From positions 1 to 63,871 of the forward strand of contig JAJRWI010000025.1 in NCBI GenBank assembly GCA_024276825.1: 63,871 nucleotides of DNA, in the 5' to 3' direction. Position numbers and translations under genes: made by a program. Under the pieces are notes generated by a model that searched no databases, was not told the origin of the DNA, and saw only the letters and a program-made list of their open reading frames with translations. Shown piece after piece: positions 50,187 to 59,882 of the stretch (its first letter is position 1; every line of letters begins with the position of its first letter). Source of the stretch: an archaeon. GTDB lineage: Archaea; Asgardarchaeota; Thorarchaeia; Thorarchaeales; Thorarchaeaceae.

Positions 50187-50501
50187 ATGGAAACAATAAC
50201 CGCAAGATTGCCTGACAAGATGATAAAGATACTAAACACGCTTGTGAAGGAGGAAATGGTTGACAGGTCTGAATTAATACGTCGGATACTAGAGATTGGA
50301 TTACGTGAGTTTTTGATTAGACGAGCCCTAATCGCATATCAGGAGAGAAAAGTATCGTTGTGGAGAGCAGCTGATATGGCGGGAGTCACATTGAGAGAAA
50401 TGATTGAGGCTGCAAATCAAGCATTAATTCCAATCTCATATGACCTTGATGATTTGGAGCGTGACCTCGCAATTGTCAAAAAGCAAAACAGTCGTGAGTA
50501 A
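50187..50501 (+). CDS. RHH + UPF0175 antitoxin
   Basis: METITARLP...DRSELIR; YQERKVSLWRAADMAGV. Confidence 0.85.
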   Translation: METITARLPDKMIKILNTLVKEEMVDRSELIRRILEIGLREFLIRRALIAYQERKVSLWRAADMAGVTLREMIEAANQALIPISYDLDDLERDLAIVKKQNSRE

Positions 50502-50988
50502 TGCGACACCGCTGATTTACCTGGCCAAAGTGGGCATGCTCCATGTTCTCAAGATTGTATTCAGCCATATATGCATTGTTCGTGAGGTGTTCCAAGAAGT
50601 CTGTGAAGTCATAAAGACACCAGATGGTCTTCTTGTGAGTGAAGCAGTCAAATCGGGATGGATAGAAGTAAAGCCACAAAAGAAGTCCGCAAAGAAACTT
50701 GCAAAGCATGCTGGAATTCATGTGGGAGAAGCCTCATCAATAGTCCTTGCTAAGTCCTTGAATGCTCTGTTGATAATTGATGACAAGATGGGTAGAACCG
50801 TTGCAGAAATGATGGGGGTTGAATGCATCGGAACCATGGGCATCTTGCTGAAGGCATTGAATAACTCATTGCTGACTCTTGATGAGTTCAAAGCCATATT
50901 AGATCGAATGATAGCAATTGGATCTAGACTTGATGTGAGAGTTTATTCAGAAATCATTGAGTTAGCCAAGAAAATTTCAAGGGAGTGA
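50473..50988 (+). CDS. PIN-domain DUF3368 protein (putative toxin)
   Basis: VSNATPLIYL, VFQE, GEASSI.LA, IIDD, GTMGILL. Confidence 0.88.
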   Translation: MSKSKTVVSNATPLIYLAKVGMLHVLKIVFSHICIVREVFQEVCEVIKTPDGLLVSEAVKSGWIEVKPQKKSAKKLAKHAGIHVGEASSIVLAKSLNALLIIDDKMGRTVAEMMGVECIGTMGILLKALNNSLLTLDEFKAILDRMIAIGSRLDVRVYSEIIELAKKISRE

Positions 50989-51138
50989 GTTAGTCTTCGC
51001 TTTGTTCATTGGGAGCTACTTGACCGGTTGTTTTCGCAGAGCTAATCTATAATCTGACAGGAGTTCGGTTCAAGTGTGATGGCATGCCAAGTATTATAAG
51101 GTAATTTAAATTATACTAATCCAAATTATACAAATCTG

Positions 51139-52431
51139 GTGTTCGTGATGTTTGTCAATAGAAAGGATGAACTGGTATCCTTGAGAACCGCCATGAGTCA
51201 GAAGCATCCATTGATGATTCTATACGGACGAAGGCGGATTGGGAAAACTGCCCTGGCCTTGAATTTTTCAAAGTCATTGAATCATGTCTATTACATCGCA
51301 CGTGAGTTTGGAAACCTTCGCAAATTCAAAGAAACGCTCTCTGCCAAATTTCCTGAAGTATCAGACCTGAGAGATGATTGGGAGGTCCTGTTTAAGCATT
51401 TAGATGGCAAAGTTGACCTAGTCATTCTTGATGAGTTTCAAAACCTGATATGGGAGGACAAGAGGATTCTCAGTGTGTTTCAAGTGATTGCCGATCAACA
51501 TCTCACCAAGACTCGATTGTTACTCTTGGGATCTTCAATCTCTATGATCACATCGAAAGTACTGTCCTATCAGAGCCCTCTCTATGGAAGGCGTTCATTA
51601 TCTCTGGAACTTGGGCCACTGGACTTCTTTGATGCAATAAAGTTCTATCCTGGGATTTCAAAGGAAGAGATGGTCAATATCTATGGAGTGACTGGGGGAG
51701 TGCCTTATTATCTTGAGAAGGTACAAACACCCTTCACAGAATGGATTGACTCAGAGCTCAAGAATCCAACATTTATCAAAGATGAGATTGATTTTTTGCT
51801 TCGATACGAGTTTGATAATCCCTCCACCTACAAGTCCATATTAGAGGCAATATCGCATGGCAACACGAATCTGGGGCGCATAAAAAACTATTGTGGCTTT
51901 CAAAGGACTGACATTTCACAATATCTGAAGAACCTAATCACAGTGGGACTAATACGGCGAGTAGTGCCCATTACTGAGAATGAGCGAACACGAAGAGGTC
52001 GATACTATCTACTTGATGATTTCATCACATTCTGGTTCAGAATAATCTCACCCCGACTTAACGAACTTGAAAACAGAATACTGCGATTCAGGCATTTTAG
52101 AAAGGACTACAACACATATCTGGGTCATGTCTATGAGAAGATTGCATTTCAATATCTAATTAGAAAGAAGCCAATACGATTCACTCGAATAGGAAAGTGG
52201 TGGGATCACGAGGATGAGATTGATATAGTGGCAGTAGATGACATAGGAAACATTGCGTATTTTTGTGAAGTGAAATGGAGTAGAGTCACTCGTCCCAATG
52301 ACCTATTAGGACCCCTTGCTAGAAAGGCAGGCAAGTTATATCCAAACATGAAGAAGAGATTCATCCTGATTGCCAAAGAGTTTGAAGAGAAGACTCGAAA
52401 GGCCAAATGCATTGGACTTGATGACATGTGA
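51139..52431 (+). CDS. Archaeal ATPase (ATPase_2) with C-terminal DUF234 PD-(D/E)xK-like domain
   Basis: FVNR..EL, YGRRRIGKT, ILDEFQ, GSS, TGGVPYYL, EIDIV...CEVKW. Confidence 0.92.
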   Translation: MFVMFVNRKDELVSLRTAMSQKHPLMILYGRRRIGKTALALNFSKSLNHVYYIAREFGNLRKFKETLSAKFPEVSDLRDDWEVLFKHLDGKVDLVILDEFQNLIWEDKRILSVFQVIADQHLTKTRLLLLGSSISMITSKVLSYQSPLYGRRSLSLELGPLDFFDAIKFYPGISKEEMVNIYGVTGGVPYYLEKVQTPFTEWIDSELKNPTFIKDEIDFLLRYEFDNPSTYKSILEAISHGNTNLGRIKNYCGFQRTDISQYLKNLITVGLIRRVVPITENERTRRGRYYLLDDFITFWFRIISPRLNELENRILRFRHFRKDYNTYLGHVYEKIAFQYLIRKKPIRFTRIGKWWDHEDEIDIVAVDDIGNIAYFCEVKWSRVTRPNDLLGPLARKAGKLYPNMKKRFILIAKEFEEKTRKAKCIGLDDM

Positions 52432-52638
52432 GAATTGGCAATCATTAGTTCTAGTATCACAAGTCTGCCATTGAATCGAACAAAGTATCTGCAATGCTCA
52501 CATACCTCTCTGTTTTAATTTAGCTGTTTCTCTAATTAAACATCTCCAAAAACGTGGTCATGCCGTCAGGTTTATGAATGGAGTGCAGGGGCGGACGCGT
52601 GTCGTACCAGTGGTTCAAGACCCAGGCAGGGAATCAAG

Positions 52639-52923
52639 ATGATTACGGAGCCAATAGAGTTCGTACAACTGCTCATTTTGATCCTAGCCATTGTCTTCAT
52701 GGGAATTGCAATAGAGTATCGCAGGCTGGTCTATTCTGTGATCTCTTTTGCCCTGGGCAATAGCTGGGTGAGTATAACCTTCTTCATTCTTGGTGCGCCC
52801 CTTGTTGCAGTGTTCAATTTTGGAGTTTTTTCAATTGCAGTTGTGATAATTCTCCTTGCCACTATCAACATGGAGGCCCCTGAGGATGAGGAGATGAACA
52901 CAGAGGAGGCTGTTGTGCAATGA
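52639..52923 (+). CDS. nuoJ: NuoJ N-terminal half (J1)-like subunit
   Basis: LVYSVISF...FFILGAPLVAVF; 3 TM; first gene of the J-K-L-M-N-like run. Confidence 0.7.
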   Translation: MITEPIEFVQLLILILAIVFMGIAIEYRRLVYSVISFALGNSWVSITFFILGAPLVAVFNFGVFSIAVVIILLATINMEAPEDEEMNTEEAVVQ

Positions 52924-53183
52924 AACATAGAATTGCAGCAATTCTGCTCTCACTTCTGATGCTGGTCATCATAGGGGCCCAACTGATTGACCTGACGCCA
53001 TTTGCTCTGGGAACTCCCTCATCGACCTTCCCAATAGCTGATTGGACTCAGGTTTCGGAGGCCCTCGCAGACTGGATCTGGAGTTATAGAGTGGTCGATG
53101 TGATGATTCAGGCAACCCTTCTTCTAGCATCCGTCCTTGGATTCTCAGCACTGTTCAGGACAATGAGAAAGGAGGAGCCCTAA
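52920..53183 (+). CDS. NuoJ C-terminal half (J2)/MnhB-like small subunit
   Basis: IWSYRVVDVMIQATLLLA..G motif; 2 TM. Confidence 0.6.
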   Translation: MKHRIAAILLSLLMLVIIGAQLIDLTPFALGTPSSTFPIADWTQVSEALADWIWSYRVVDVMIQATLLLASVLGFSALFRTMRKEEP

Positions 53184-53185
53184 TC

Positions 53186-53515
53186 ATGCTTGACATGCTT
53201 CACTTTTACCTGATAGCATCCCTCATCCTTTACCTGATGGGCATTTACACCCTTGCGAGCAATAGGAATATGATCAAGCTCGTGATAGGTATTGAGATTC
53301 TTGTGGCTGCAGTCAATCTGAACTTTCTCGCCTTGGCGGCATTCACAAGCGGACAGGGTGTTCTGGGCCCTGTTGATCCTCTTGCTCAGACATTCGTTGT
53401 CCTGTCAATCTGTGTTGGGGGTGCCATTGCAGCTGTTGCTCTTGCATTGATCCGCAATGCGTTCAATCATTATGGCACACTTGATGTGCGTGAGTTAAGG
53501 AGGTTGAGAGAATGA
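53186..53515 (+). CDS. nuoK: NuoK/MrpC-like subunit
   Basis: RNMIK.VIGIEIL..AVNLNF; GTLDV..L..L. Confidence 0.85.
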   Translation: MLDMLHFYLIASLILYLMGIYTLASNRNMIKLVIGIEILVAAVNLNFLALAAFTSGQGVLGPVDPLAQTFVVLSICVGGAIAAVALALIRNAFNHYGTLDVRELRRLRE

Positions 53516-55521
53516 TCCTTCCATTAGAACAGGCAGGCTGGTTGGTATTTGTCATTCCTGTCATTGGGGCTCTACTCACTCCAGTGTTTGCAAAGATTCA
53601 CGGAAACCTAAGAGACCTCATGGCAGTGCTTGTTGGCTTCATCACTGCATTCATTGCCATTGACATGATTGCATCTATGGTGACCTCTCCTGGTGTATAT
53701 GGTTATGATCTTATCACCTGGGTTGTTGCAGGCGACTTTGTTGTCAGATTTGGAGTCCTCATTGACCCCCTGAGTGTACTTCTGGCAGGCATTGCTGGAG
53801 GGATTGGTTCTCTCATCATCCTCTTCAGCGTGGGATACATGACCGGGCATGATGAAGAGGGCAGGCTTGTGAAAGACCCGAGTCTGACACGCTATTACTT
53901 CTTCATGCAGTTCTTTGTCGCTGGCATGATCCTTCTTGTGATGGCCGACAACCTGCTTCTGACCTTCATTGGCTGGGAGATTGTCGGAATGTGCAGCTAC
54001 GCTCTCATTGGCTTCTGGCACAACCTGAAAGAGCCGAGTCCGGTTCCTGAGTACAAGACTGAGGGTGATTACAATGCCGCCTGTGGAATGAAGGCGTTTA
54101 TGGTCACCCGAGTTGGCGATATTGGCCTTCTTGCAGGAATTCTGCTTACATTCTTCATCACCGGTACTTTTCATTATCAGGAGTTGGCAGAGTCTGGGTC
54201 CTGGGTGGCACCCATGGCCACTGGACTGTTGCCAATAGCGGCACTCTTGATATTCGCCGGTCCTGTTGGCAAGAGTGCACAGTTCCCATTGCATGTCTGG
54301 CTCCCCGAAGCTATGGCAGGTCCCACAACTGTCAGTGCTCTGATTCATGCCGCAGCAATGGTCAAGGCTGGAGTGTATCTTGTGGCCCGTCTTGTCCCGA
54401 TATTCATCGAGATAACATTTCAGGTCTCAGAGATGGTGTACTTCTTCCAGACAGTCGCAATTATTGGCGCCTTCACTGCCTTCCTTGCAGCGACAATGGC
54501 ACTGGTTCAGGATGAGATCAAGAAGGTGCTGGCATACTCCACAATCTCTCAACTGGGCTACATGTTTATGGCTCTTGGAGCAGCAGGACTGGTCGCTGAG
54601 AGTGTGACTGCTTATGCCGCCGGCGCATTCCATCTTCTGGCTCATGCACTGTTCAAGGCACTGCTGTTCCTTGCGGCGGGCTCAGTCCTTCATGTGGTAC
54701 AGAGCAAATCCATGAAAGACATGGGCGGTCTCTGGAAACATATGAAGATCACAGCCATCACCTTCATAATTGGAGCACTGGCACTTGCTGGAGTGTTCCC
54801 GACAGTTGGCTTCTGGTCAAAGGAGTTGATATTGGAGGCCTTGTGGCATGAGCACCAGTATCTCCTATTCACAATGGCATTCATCACAGCCATTCTTACA
54901 GCATTCTACACATTCAGAATGGTAGGCATGACCTTCTTTGGTCGCAAGTCCGATTATTTGGTCCAGCTCGAGTCCTCAGGGCATCACCTCCACGAGTCCC
55001 CGCCCACAATGACCATTCCACTGATCATTCTGGCAGCATTAGCATTTGGTGGGGCACTCTTGGAGCCACTGTTCTTCAACACATTCTCGGTGCTTGCGTC
55101 AGAGCACACTCTGAGTGCGCCTTTTGAGTGGGGCATTCTGACGCCATTTACCATTGGATTCACTTCCATGTTCACGGTACTTGTCTGGGTGATTGGCATC
55201 GTTCCCGCCTACTTCATCTACTTCAAGGGTAATGGTGACTTCACCAGCCTGAGAAGCGGGCCACTTGGCAGATTTCTAGAGAATCGCTGGTACATCAACA
55301 GACTGTACTACAGGATCTTTGTTGATGGCTATCTTCGACTTAGCGAAGCATTTCGGACACGAATCGAGCCCGCCCTCCTCTCATTCAATCTGGGTGTCAG
55401 AGATGGGATGGATGGCATCTCGAGGGGCTGGAGGCGCACAATGACCGGCGTGCTCAATACGAATGTGCTGGGCATGATGCTGGGAATTCTGGTGTTCCTC
55501 TTGATCGTTCTATTCCTGTAG
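53512..55521 (+). CDS. nuoL: NuoL/MrpA-like antiporter subunit
   Basis: GWEIVG.CSY.LIGFW, TRVGD, GKSAQFPLHVWLPEAMAGPTTVSALIHAA, KKVLAYSTISQLG, HALFKALLFL. Confidence 0.92.
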   Translation: MILPLEQAGWLVFVIPVIGALLTPVFAKIHGNLRDLMAVLVGFITAFIAIDMIASMVTSPGVYGYDLITWVVAGDFVVRFGVLIDPLSVLLAGIAGGIGSLIILFSVGYMTGHDEEGRLVKDPSLTRYYFFMQFFVAGMILLVMADNLLLTFIGWEIVGMCSYALIGFWHNLKEPSPVPEYKTEGDYNAACGMKAFMVTRVGDIGLLAGILLTFFITGTFHYQELAESGSWVAPMATGLLPIAALLIFAGPVGKSAQFPLHVWLPEAMAGPTTVSALIHAAAMVKAGVYLVARLVPIFIEITFQVSEMVYFFQTVAIIGAFTAFLAATMALVQDEIKKVLAYSTISQLGYMFMALGAAGLVAESVTAYAAGAFHLLAHALFKALLFLAAGSVLHVVQSKSMKDMGGLWKHMKITAITFIIGALALAGVFPTVGFWSKELILEALWHEHQYLLFTMAFITAILTAFYTFRMVGMTFFGRKSDYLVQLESSGHHLHESPPTMTIPLIILAALAFGGALLEPLFFNTFSVLASEHTLSAPFEWGILTPFTIGFTSMFTVLVWVIGIVPAYFIYFKGNGDFTSLRSGPLGRFLENRWYINRLYYRIFVDGYLRLSEAFRTRIEPALLSFNLGVRDGMDGISRGWRRTMTGVLNTNVLGMMLGILVFLLIVLFL

Positions 55522-55533
55522 GAGGTTCATTGA

Positions 55534-57108
55534 ATGCAAGGAATATACTTTCCAATACTCTCAGAGTACCCAATGATATTGACACTCGTAGGGTTGATCG
55601 CAGGTGGTCTTCTGACACTGCTTGTGGGGACCAAGTCAGAGAGGGGTGCACGCTTCCTAGCGGCACTATCATTGCTTGGCGCTCTCTCTCTCAACATTAT
55701 ACTGCTGTTCAGAGTGATTGATGTGGGCAGTGTTCAGCATGATTTTGTCTGGCTTGGCTCTGAGACCAATATCATCATGAACCTCGGTTTTCTGGGCGAC
55801 GGTCTCAGCACTCCCGTGGCAATTCTGATTGTTGGCCTTGGTCTCTTCTCTATCATCTACTCATTTGACTATATGAAGGACTTGAACAGACCCGGACTCT
55901 ACTACTCATTGATGGTCTGGTTTGTTGCCGCTATGGTCGGCGTGGTCTATGCCATAAATCTGCTTCAGTTCTTTGTGTTCTATGAGTTGATGCTTCTTCC
56001 GGCCTTCCTGTTGATCTATGTATACGGAGAGTCAGAAGAGGCTGTCGAACGCGAGAAGAATGCACTACAGTTCTGGGTCTGGACTGCAGCTGGAGGGATC
56101 ATCTCTCTCTTTGCGGTCTTCATGGTCTGGGGTGTTGTAATGCAGGATGCCACATTTCTCTCCTCTCTTGGCTCTGCGAGCCCAATTGACATCAATGCAC
56201 TCTACTCGTATTCATTCTCCGTCGATGTTGCAAGGCTCATTGGTGTGGTCTTCCTGGTTGGATTTGGCATCAAGTTGGGTCTTGTGCCATTGCACATTTG
56301 GGCACCCCAGACTTACAGAGAGGCACCAATCCCAGTACTTGTTCTATTGAGTGGCGCGATGACAAAGACCGCCGCTTATGGTGTGATTCGCATTGTTATC
56401 CCACTATTCATGAATGCCCTCACAGCCCTTTCCACAGGGCTTCTTGCAATCTCTCTAATCACGATGTTCTACGGTGCAATTCTTGCAATCGCTCAGAAGG
56501 ACCTAAAGATGATGTTGGCGTATTCCAGTATCAGTCAGCTTGGCTATCTGATGTTTGGTTACTCCAGCATGACAATCATTGGAGCCAATGGTGCAGCCTT
56601 CCAGCTCATCAACCATGGAATACTCGCAAGTCTGATGTTCTTCTGTGCGGGTGCAATCAAGATGAAGACAAGCACAATGGAGTTTGACAGACTTGGTGGA
56701 CTTGCTCCAAAGATGCCTGTTCTCGCAACAATATTTATCGTAGGAGCACTTGCACTGGCAGGTACACCACCATTGTCCGCCTTTGCAGGAGAGTGGATGA
56801 TATTTGCTGGTGCCGCAGAACGTGCGGTCCTTGGAACAGTGGGACAGCCATATTATCTGATCCTGACACTCTTTGGTGTCATTGCAACAGGTCTGACTGC
56901 GGGATATTACCTATGGGCTGTGCGAAGAGTCTTCTTTGGTCAAGTGCCCGAGAGTCTGACAGGGGTTTCTGATGGTCCTCGTGTCGTTATTCTGATTGGG
57001 GCAATAATGGTGTTCTTTGTCATTACTCTGGGTGTCTATCCTGCCCTGCTGTGGAATATTGTAGGCCCAGTGATCAGTGCCCTTGGCCTTCTTGGAGGAG
57101 GTGTGTAA
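55534..57108 (+). CDS. nuoM: NuoM-like antiporter subunit
   Basis: FFVFYELMLLP, IKLGLVPLHIW, AYSSISQLG, NHG, GGL..KMP, FAGEW. Confidence 0.88.
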   Translation: MQGIYFPILSEYPMILTLVGLIAGGLLTLLVGTKSERGARFLAALSLLGALSLNIILLFRVIDVGSVQHDFVWLGSETNIIMNLGFLGDGLSTPVAILIVGLGLFSIIYSFDYMKDLNRPGLYYSLMVWFVAAMVGVVYAINLLQFFVFYELMLLPAFLLIYVYGESEEAVEREKNALQFWVWTAAGGIISLFAVFMVWGVVMQDATFLSSLGSASPIDINALYSYSFSVDVARLIGVVFLVGFGIKLGLVPLHIWAPQTYREAPIPVLVLLSGAMTKTAAYGVIRIVIPLFMNALTALSTGLLAISLITMFYGAILAIAQKDLKMMLAYSSISQLGYLMFGYSSMTIIGANGAAFQLINHGILASLMFFCAGAIKMKTSTMEFDRLGGLAPKMPVLATIFIVGALALAGTPPLSAFAGEWMIFAGAAERAVLGTVGQPYYLILTLFGVIATGLTAGYYLWAVRRVFFGQVPESLTGVSDGPRVVILIGAIMVFFVITLGVYPALLWNIVGPVISALGLLGGGV

Positions 57109-57109
57109 G

Positions 57110-58705
57110 ATGCAGTTCAACTTTCTGTTCACTCCTGATCTTGCGGTGGTAGTTCCTGTGATGATACCCATCATCACTGCACTGTTCTTGACACTTGTTT
57201 CCGAGTCACTGGGATTCTTGAAGAAACGAGTTCCGCATTCGCTGCTTGCAGGCATTGCCACACTTGGCTTTGCACTCACACTTCTTGGAGTATATTCTCT
57301 ATCTCAGAGTGTCTGGACCGATGGGGCTCAGGTGTTCACATGGGGCGGTCTTGGCGGTCCTCTAGGAGTTGTACTTGCAGCCGACATGTTCTCGATTGTC
57401 CTGATGGGACTCTTCTCCTTCATGGGTTTCATTGTAGTGGTCTACTCTCTTGGCTACATGAACGAGGACACTGGTCTCGCACAATACTACATGCTTCTAC
57501 TGATCATGGTTGGTGCAATGAATGGTGTGGTTGTGTCTGGGGATCTCTTCACCCTGTTTATGTTCTATGAGACCATGGGTCTGAGCAGCTTTGTCTTGGT
57601 CGCATTCAGGAGAAACTGGGAGGGCATTGAAGCAGCGATCAAGTACCTGATGATGTCAGCTATTGGTTCAACCTTGGTCCTCTATTCTGCCAGTTATCTC
57701 TATGGACTGACTGGGACACTCAACCTTGCATCAATGGCAGTAGCGATTCAGGCTGATCCAACAAACCCACTATTGCCAATCCTTGTTGCCATGTTGACAG
57801 CGGGCTTTGGAGTTAAGGGGGCAGTCGTTCCCTTTGCCGCTTGGCTTGCAGACGCTCATCCCGCAGCACCCAGTGGCATTAGTGCCATGCTGTCAGGTGT
57901 GGTCATAAAGGTGGGCATTTACGGCATTCTTCGAGTCAACACAACACTGTTCTCATCTGGAAGCAGTATAATTGCGGGAGTCGAGTTCTTGGCAACATCC
58001 ATCAACTGGCCCCTGTTGTTGGGAGTCTTTGCAGTGGTGACCATGACTGCAGGCAACTTCTATGCACTGACACAGACTGATCTGAAACGAATGTTGGCAT
58101 ACAGCTCTATCACACAGATTGGCTTCATTCTGTTCGCCTTCGGCACTGCAACTCCCTTTGGCTACGAGAGCGGAACACTGTATATCGTCAGTCATGCATT
58201 GACCAAGGGCCTACTCTTTCTCTGCGCAGGAGCATTCCTGCACTCAATTGGCTCAAGGGACCTCAGAGATCTGAGCGGGATTGCCAGGAAGATGCCGATC
58301 ACTGCTGCGTTCTTCGCAGTAGGCCTGCTATCTCTGATGGGGATGCCTCCCACTCTTGGATTCTATGCCAAGATTCTGATACTCTATGCTGGTGTGCAGG
58401 CAGGAGTAGTAATAGGCGGCTATTACCTCCTGTTCTCACTCATTGCGATTTTCAACGCACTTATTGGTCTGGGCTATTACCTGAGAATGCTCAACTACAC
58501 TTGGTTCAGGCCAATTTCCGAGAGGGCGGTGAATGCACACAGCGCTTCCAAGAGCATGATCTTTGCAATGGGAGTTCTTGCTATTGCCCTTCTTGCCCTT
58601 GGTATATACCCTGCACCAATCTATATTATTGCAGAGGCCGCTGGCAATGCACTGTATCACTTTGGCGATCTTATATCCTGCATTTTGAGTGTTGGGAGTC
58701 CATAG
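57110..58705 (+). CDS. MrpD/NuoN-like antiporter subunit
   Basis: DLFTLFMFYE, EAAIKY, WLADAHPAAPSGISAMLSG, KRMLAYSS, HALTKGLLFL, GFYAK, YYLR. Confidence 0.85.
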   Translation: MQFNFLFTPDLAVVVPVMIPIITALFLTLVSESLGFLKKRVPHSLLAGIATLGFALTLLGVYSLSQSVWTDGAQVFTWGGLGGPLGVVLAADMFSIVLMGLFSFMGFIVVVYSLGYMNEDTGLAQYYMLLLIMVGAMNGVVVSGDLFTLFMFYETMGLSSFVLVAFRRNWEGIEAAIKYLMMSAIGSTLVLYSASYLYGLTGTLNLASMAVAIQADPTNPLLPILVAMLTAGFGVKGAVVPFAAWLADAHPAAPSGISAMLSGVVIKVGIYGILRVNTTLFSSGSSIIAGVEFLATSINWPLLLGVFAVVTMTAGNFYALTQTDLKRMLAYSSITQIGFILFAFGTATPFGYESGTLYIVSHALTKGLLFLCAGAFLHSIGSRDLRDLSGIARKMPITAAFFAVGLLSLMGMPPTLGFYAKILILYAGVQAGVVIGGYYLLFSLIAIFNALIGLGYYLRMLNYTWFRPISERAVNAHSASKSMIFAMGVLAIALLALGIYPAPIYIIAEAAGNALYHFGDLISCILSVGSP

Positions 58706-58711
58706 ACTCCT

Positions 58712-59635
58712 TCACTCTCCCCTCTTTTTCTTGAATTTCTCTTTAGCACGTTCAACAAGCTCCTCCTTTCTCTCAGAATAGGGTGTGTATAAATCACCAG
58801 CTTCAATCTGCTTGAGGTTGTGTTCAATGATATCTCTCATGTCTTTATTAATCTCATACCCGATATAATGCCGATAAGAACCCTTACAGACGACTGCGGT
58901 AGTTCCGTTGCCCATAAAGGGATCAAGAACTAGGGCCCCTGGAAATGATGTGAAATCGATACATCTCATCACCAGTTCTTCTGGCAATTTTGTGCTGTTT
59001 TTCAACTCGCCCTTTCGGTATGTGCGATTGATCTCCCATACATCCAGAGGATAATGTTCAATCTTGTTGAAATAATACTTCTTCGAGTCCTTCACAAGGA
59101 ACAGCAGGTGATAGTGACTTGTGACAAACTTTCTGCGGGTGAACACACCGAACTGGTACTTCCATATCACGTGATTGATAACTGTCAGATTATGAAGTCG
59201 CACCGCATTTAATATGTCAACAAGATTTGTCCAACCACTGAAGATCCATGCTGAGCCAGTGGGCTTCAAGACTCGTGGAATCTCCCCAATCCAGCGCTCC
59301 GAAAACTCCCGATAATCCTCATCAATCTCATGATACCCTTCGACCACCAGTTGTTCATTGCGATTATAGAGTGACCCCTTTCCATTAAATGCGATGCCAA
59401 ACGGAGGATCTGCAATCACAACATCAATGCACTCATCTGGCAATTCCCTCATCCCATTAATGCAGTCCATGTAATGAACAGTGTCAACCTCAAATGGAAA
59501 CTCTGCCATTTGATACTCTCTCAGGGCATCTTCTCGTGTCCAGTCGAATTGTGGTCTGAATCTTGCTGCGGCCATATGTGGTACATATGGTTTCTTGCGT
59601 TTTCTTGTCTTCTCTCTTCGTGATTCTTTGGTCAT
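58712..59635 (-). CDS. Amino (N6-A/N4-C) DNA methyltransferase, beta class, apparently orphan
   Basis: Motif IV DPPF precedes motif I VLDPFMGNGTT; no adjacent restriction enzyme recognised. Confidence 0.9.
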   Translation of the reverse strand: MTKESRREKTRKRKKPYVPHMAAARFRPQFDWTREDALREYQMAEFPFEVDTVHYMDCINGMRELPDECIDVVIADPPFGIAFNGKGSLYNRNEQLVVEGYHEIDEDYREFSERWIGEIPRVLKPTGSAWIFSGWTNLVDILNAVRLHNLTVINHVIWKYQFGVFTRRKFVTSHYHLLFLVKDSKKYYFNKIEHYPLDVWEINRTYRKGELKNSTKLPEELVMRCIDFTSFPGALVLDPFMGNGTTAVVCKGSYRHYIGYEINKDMRDIIEHNLKQIEAGDLYTPYSERKEELVERAKEKFKKKRGE

Positions 59636-59882
59636 CTTGTATATTCTTCCTTATTCGGCTCAAACACACATGAGGACTATCAAGCAATCATAATGCTGGC
59701 AGTTTATGCTATCAGCATTCCCTATTATACAAATCCATGCTGAAATATTGTCATTGAAACCTTGTGACTCTAATGACATATGGTTCAAGTATGACAGGCG
59801 CAAGAATCACAAAATGGTGATAAGGGATCTGGCATTGCAAGAATCACGCATCATAAGTTTCTCGCCTTAACTTAGGATCCTA

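Noticed and set aside
53608-54348. 246-aa antisense ORF within nuoL (and similar shadow ORFs, e.g. 10076-10654, 22094-22552)
   Set aside because: Lies wholly or mostly opposite well-supported genes; no motifs; expected from codon bias
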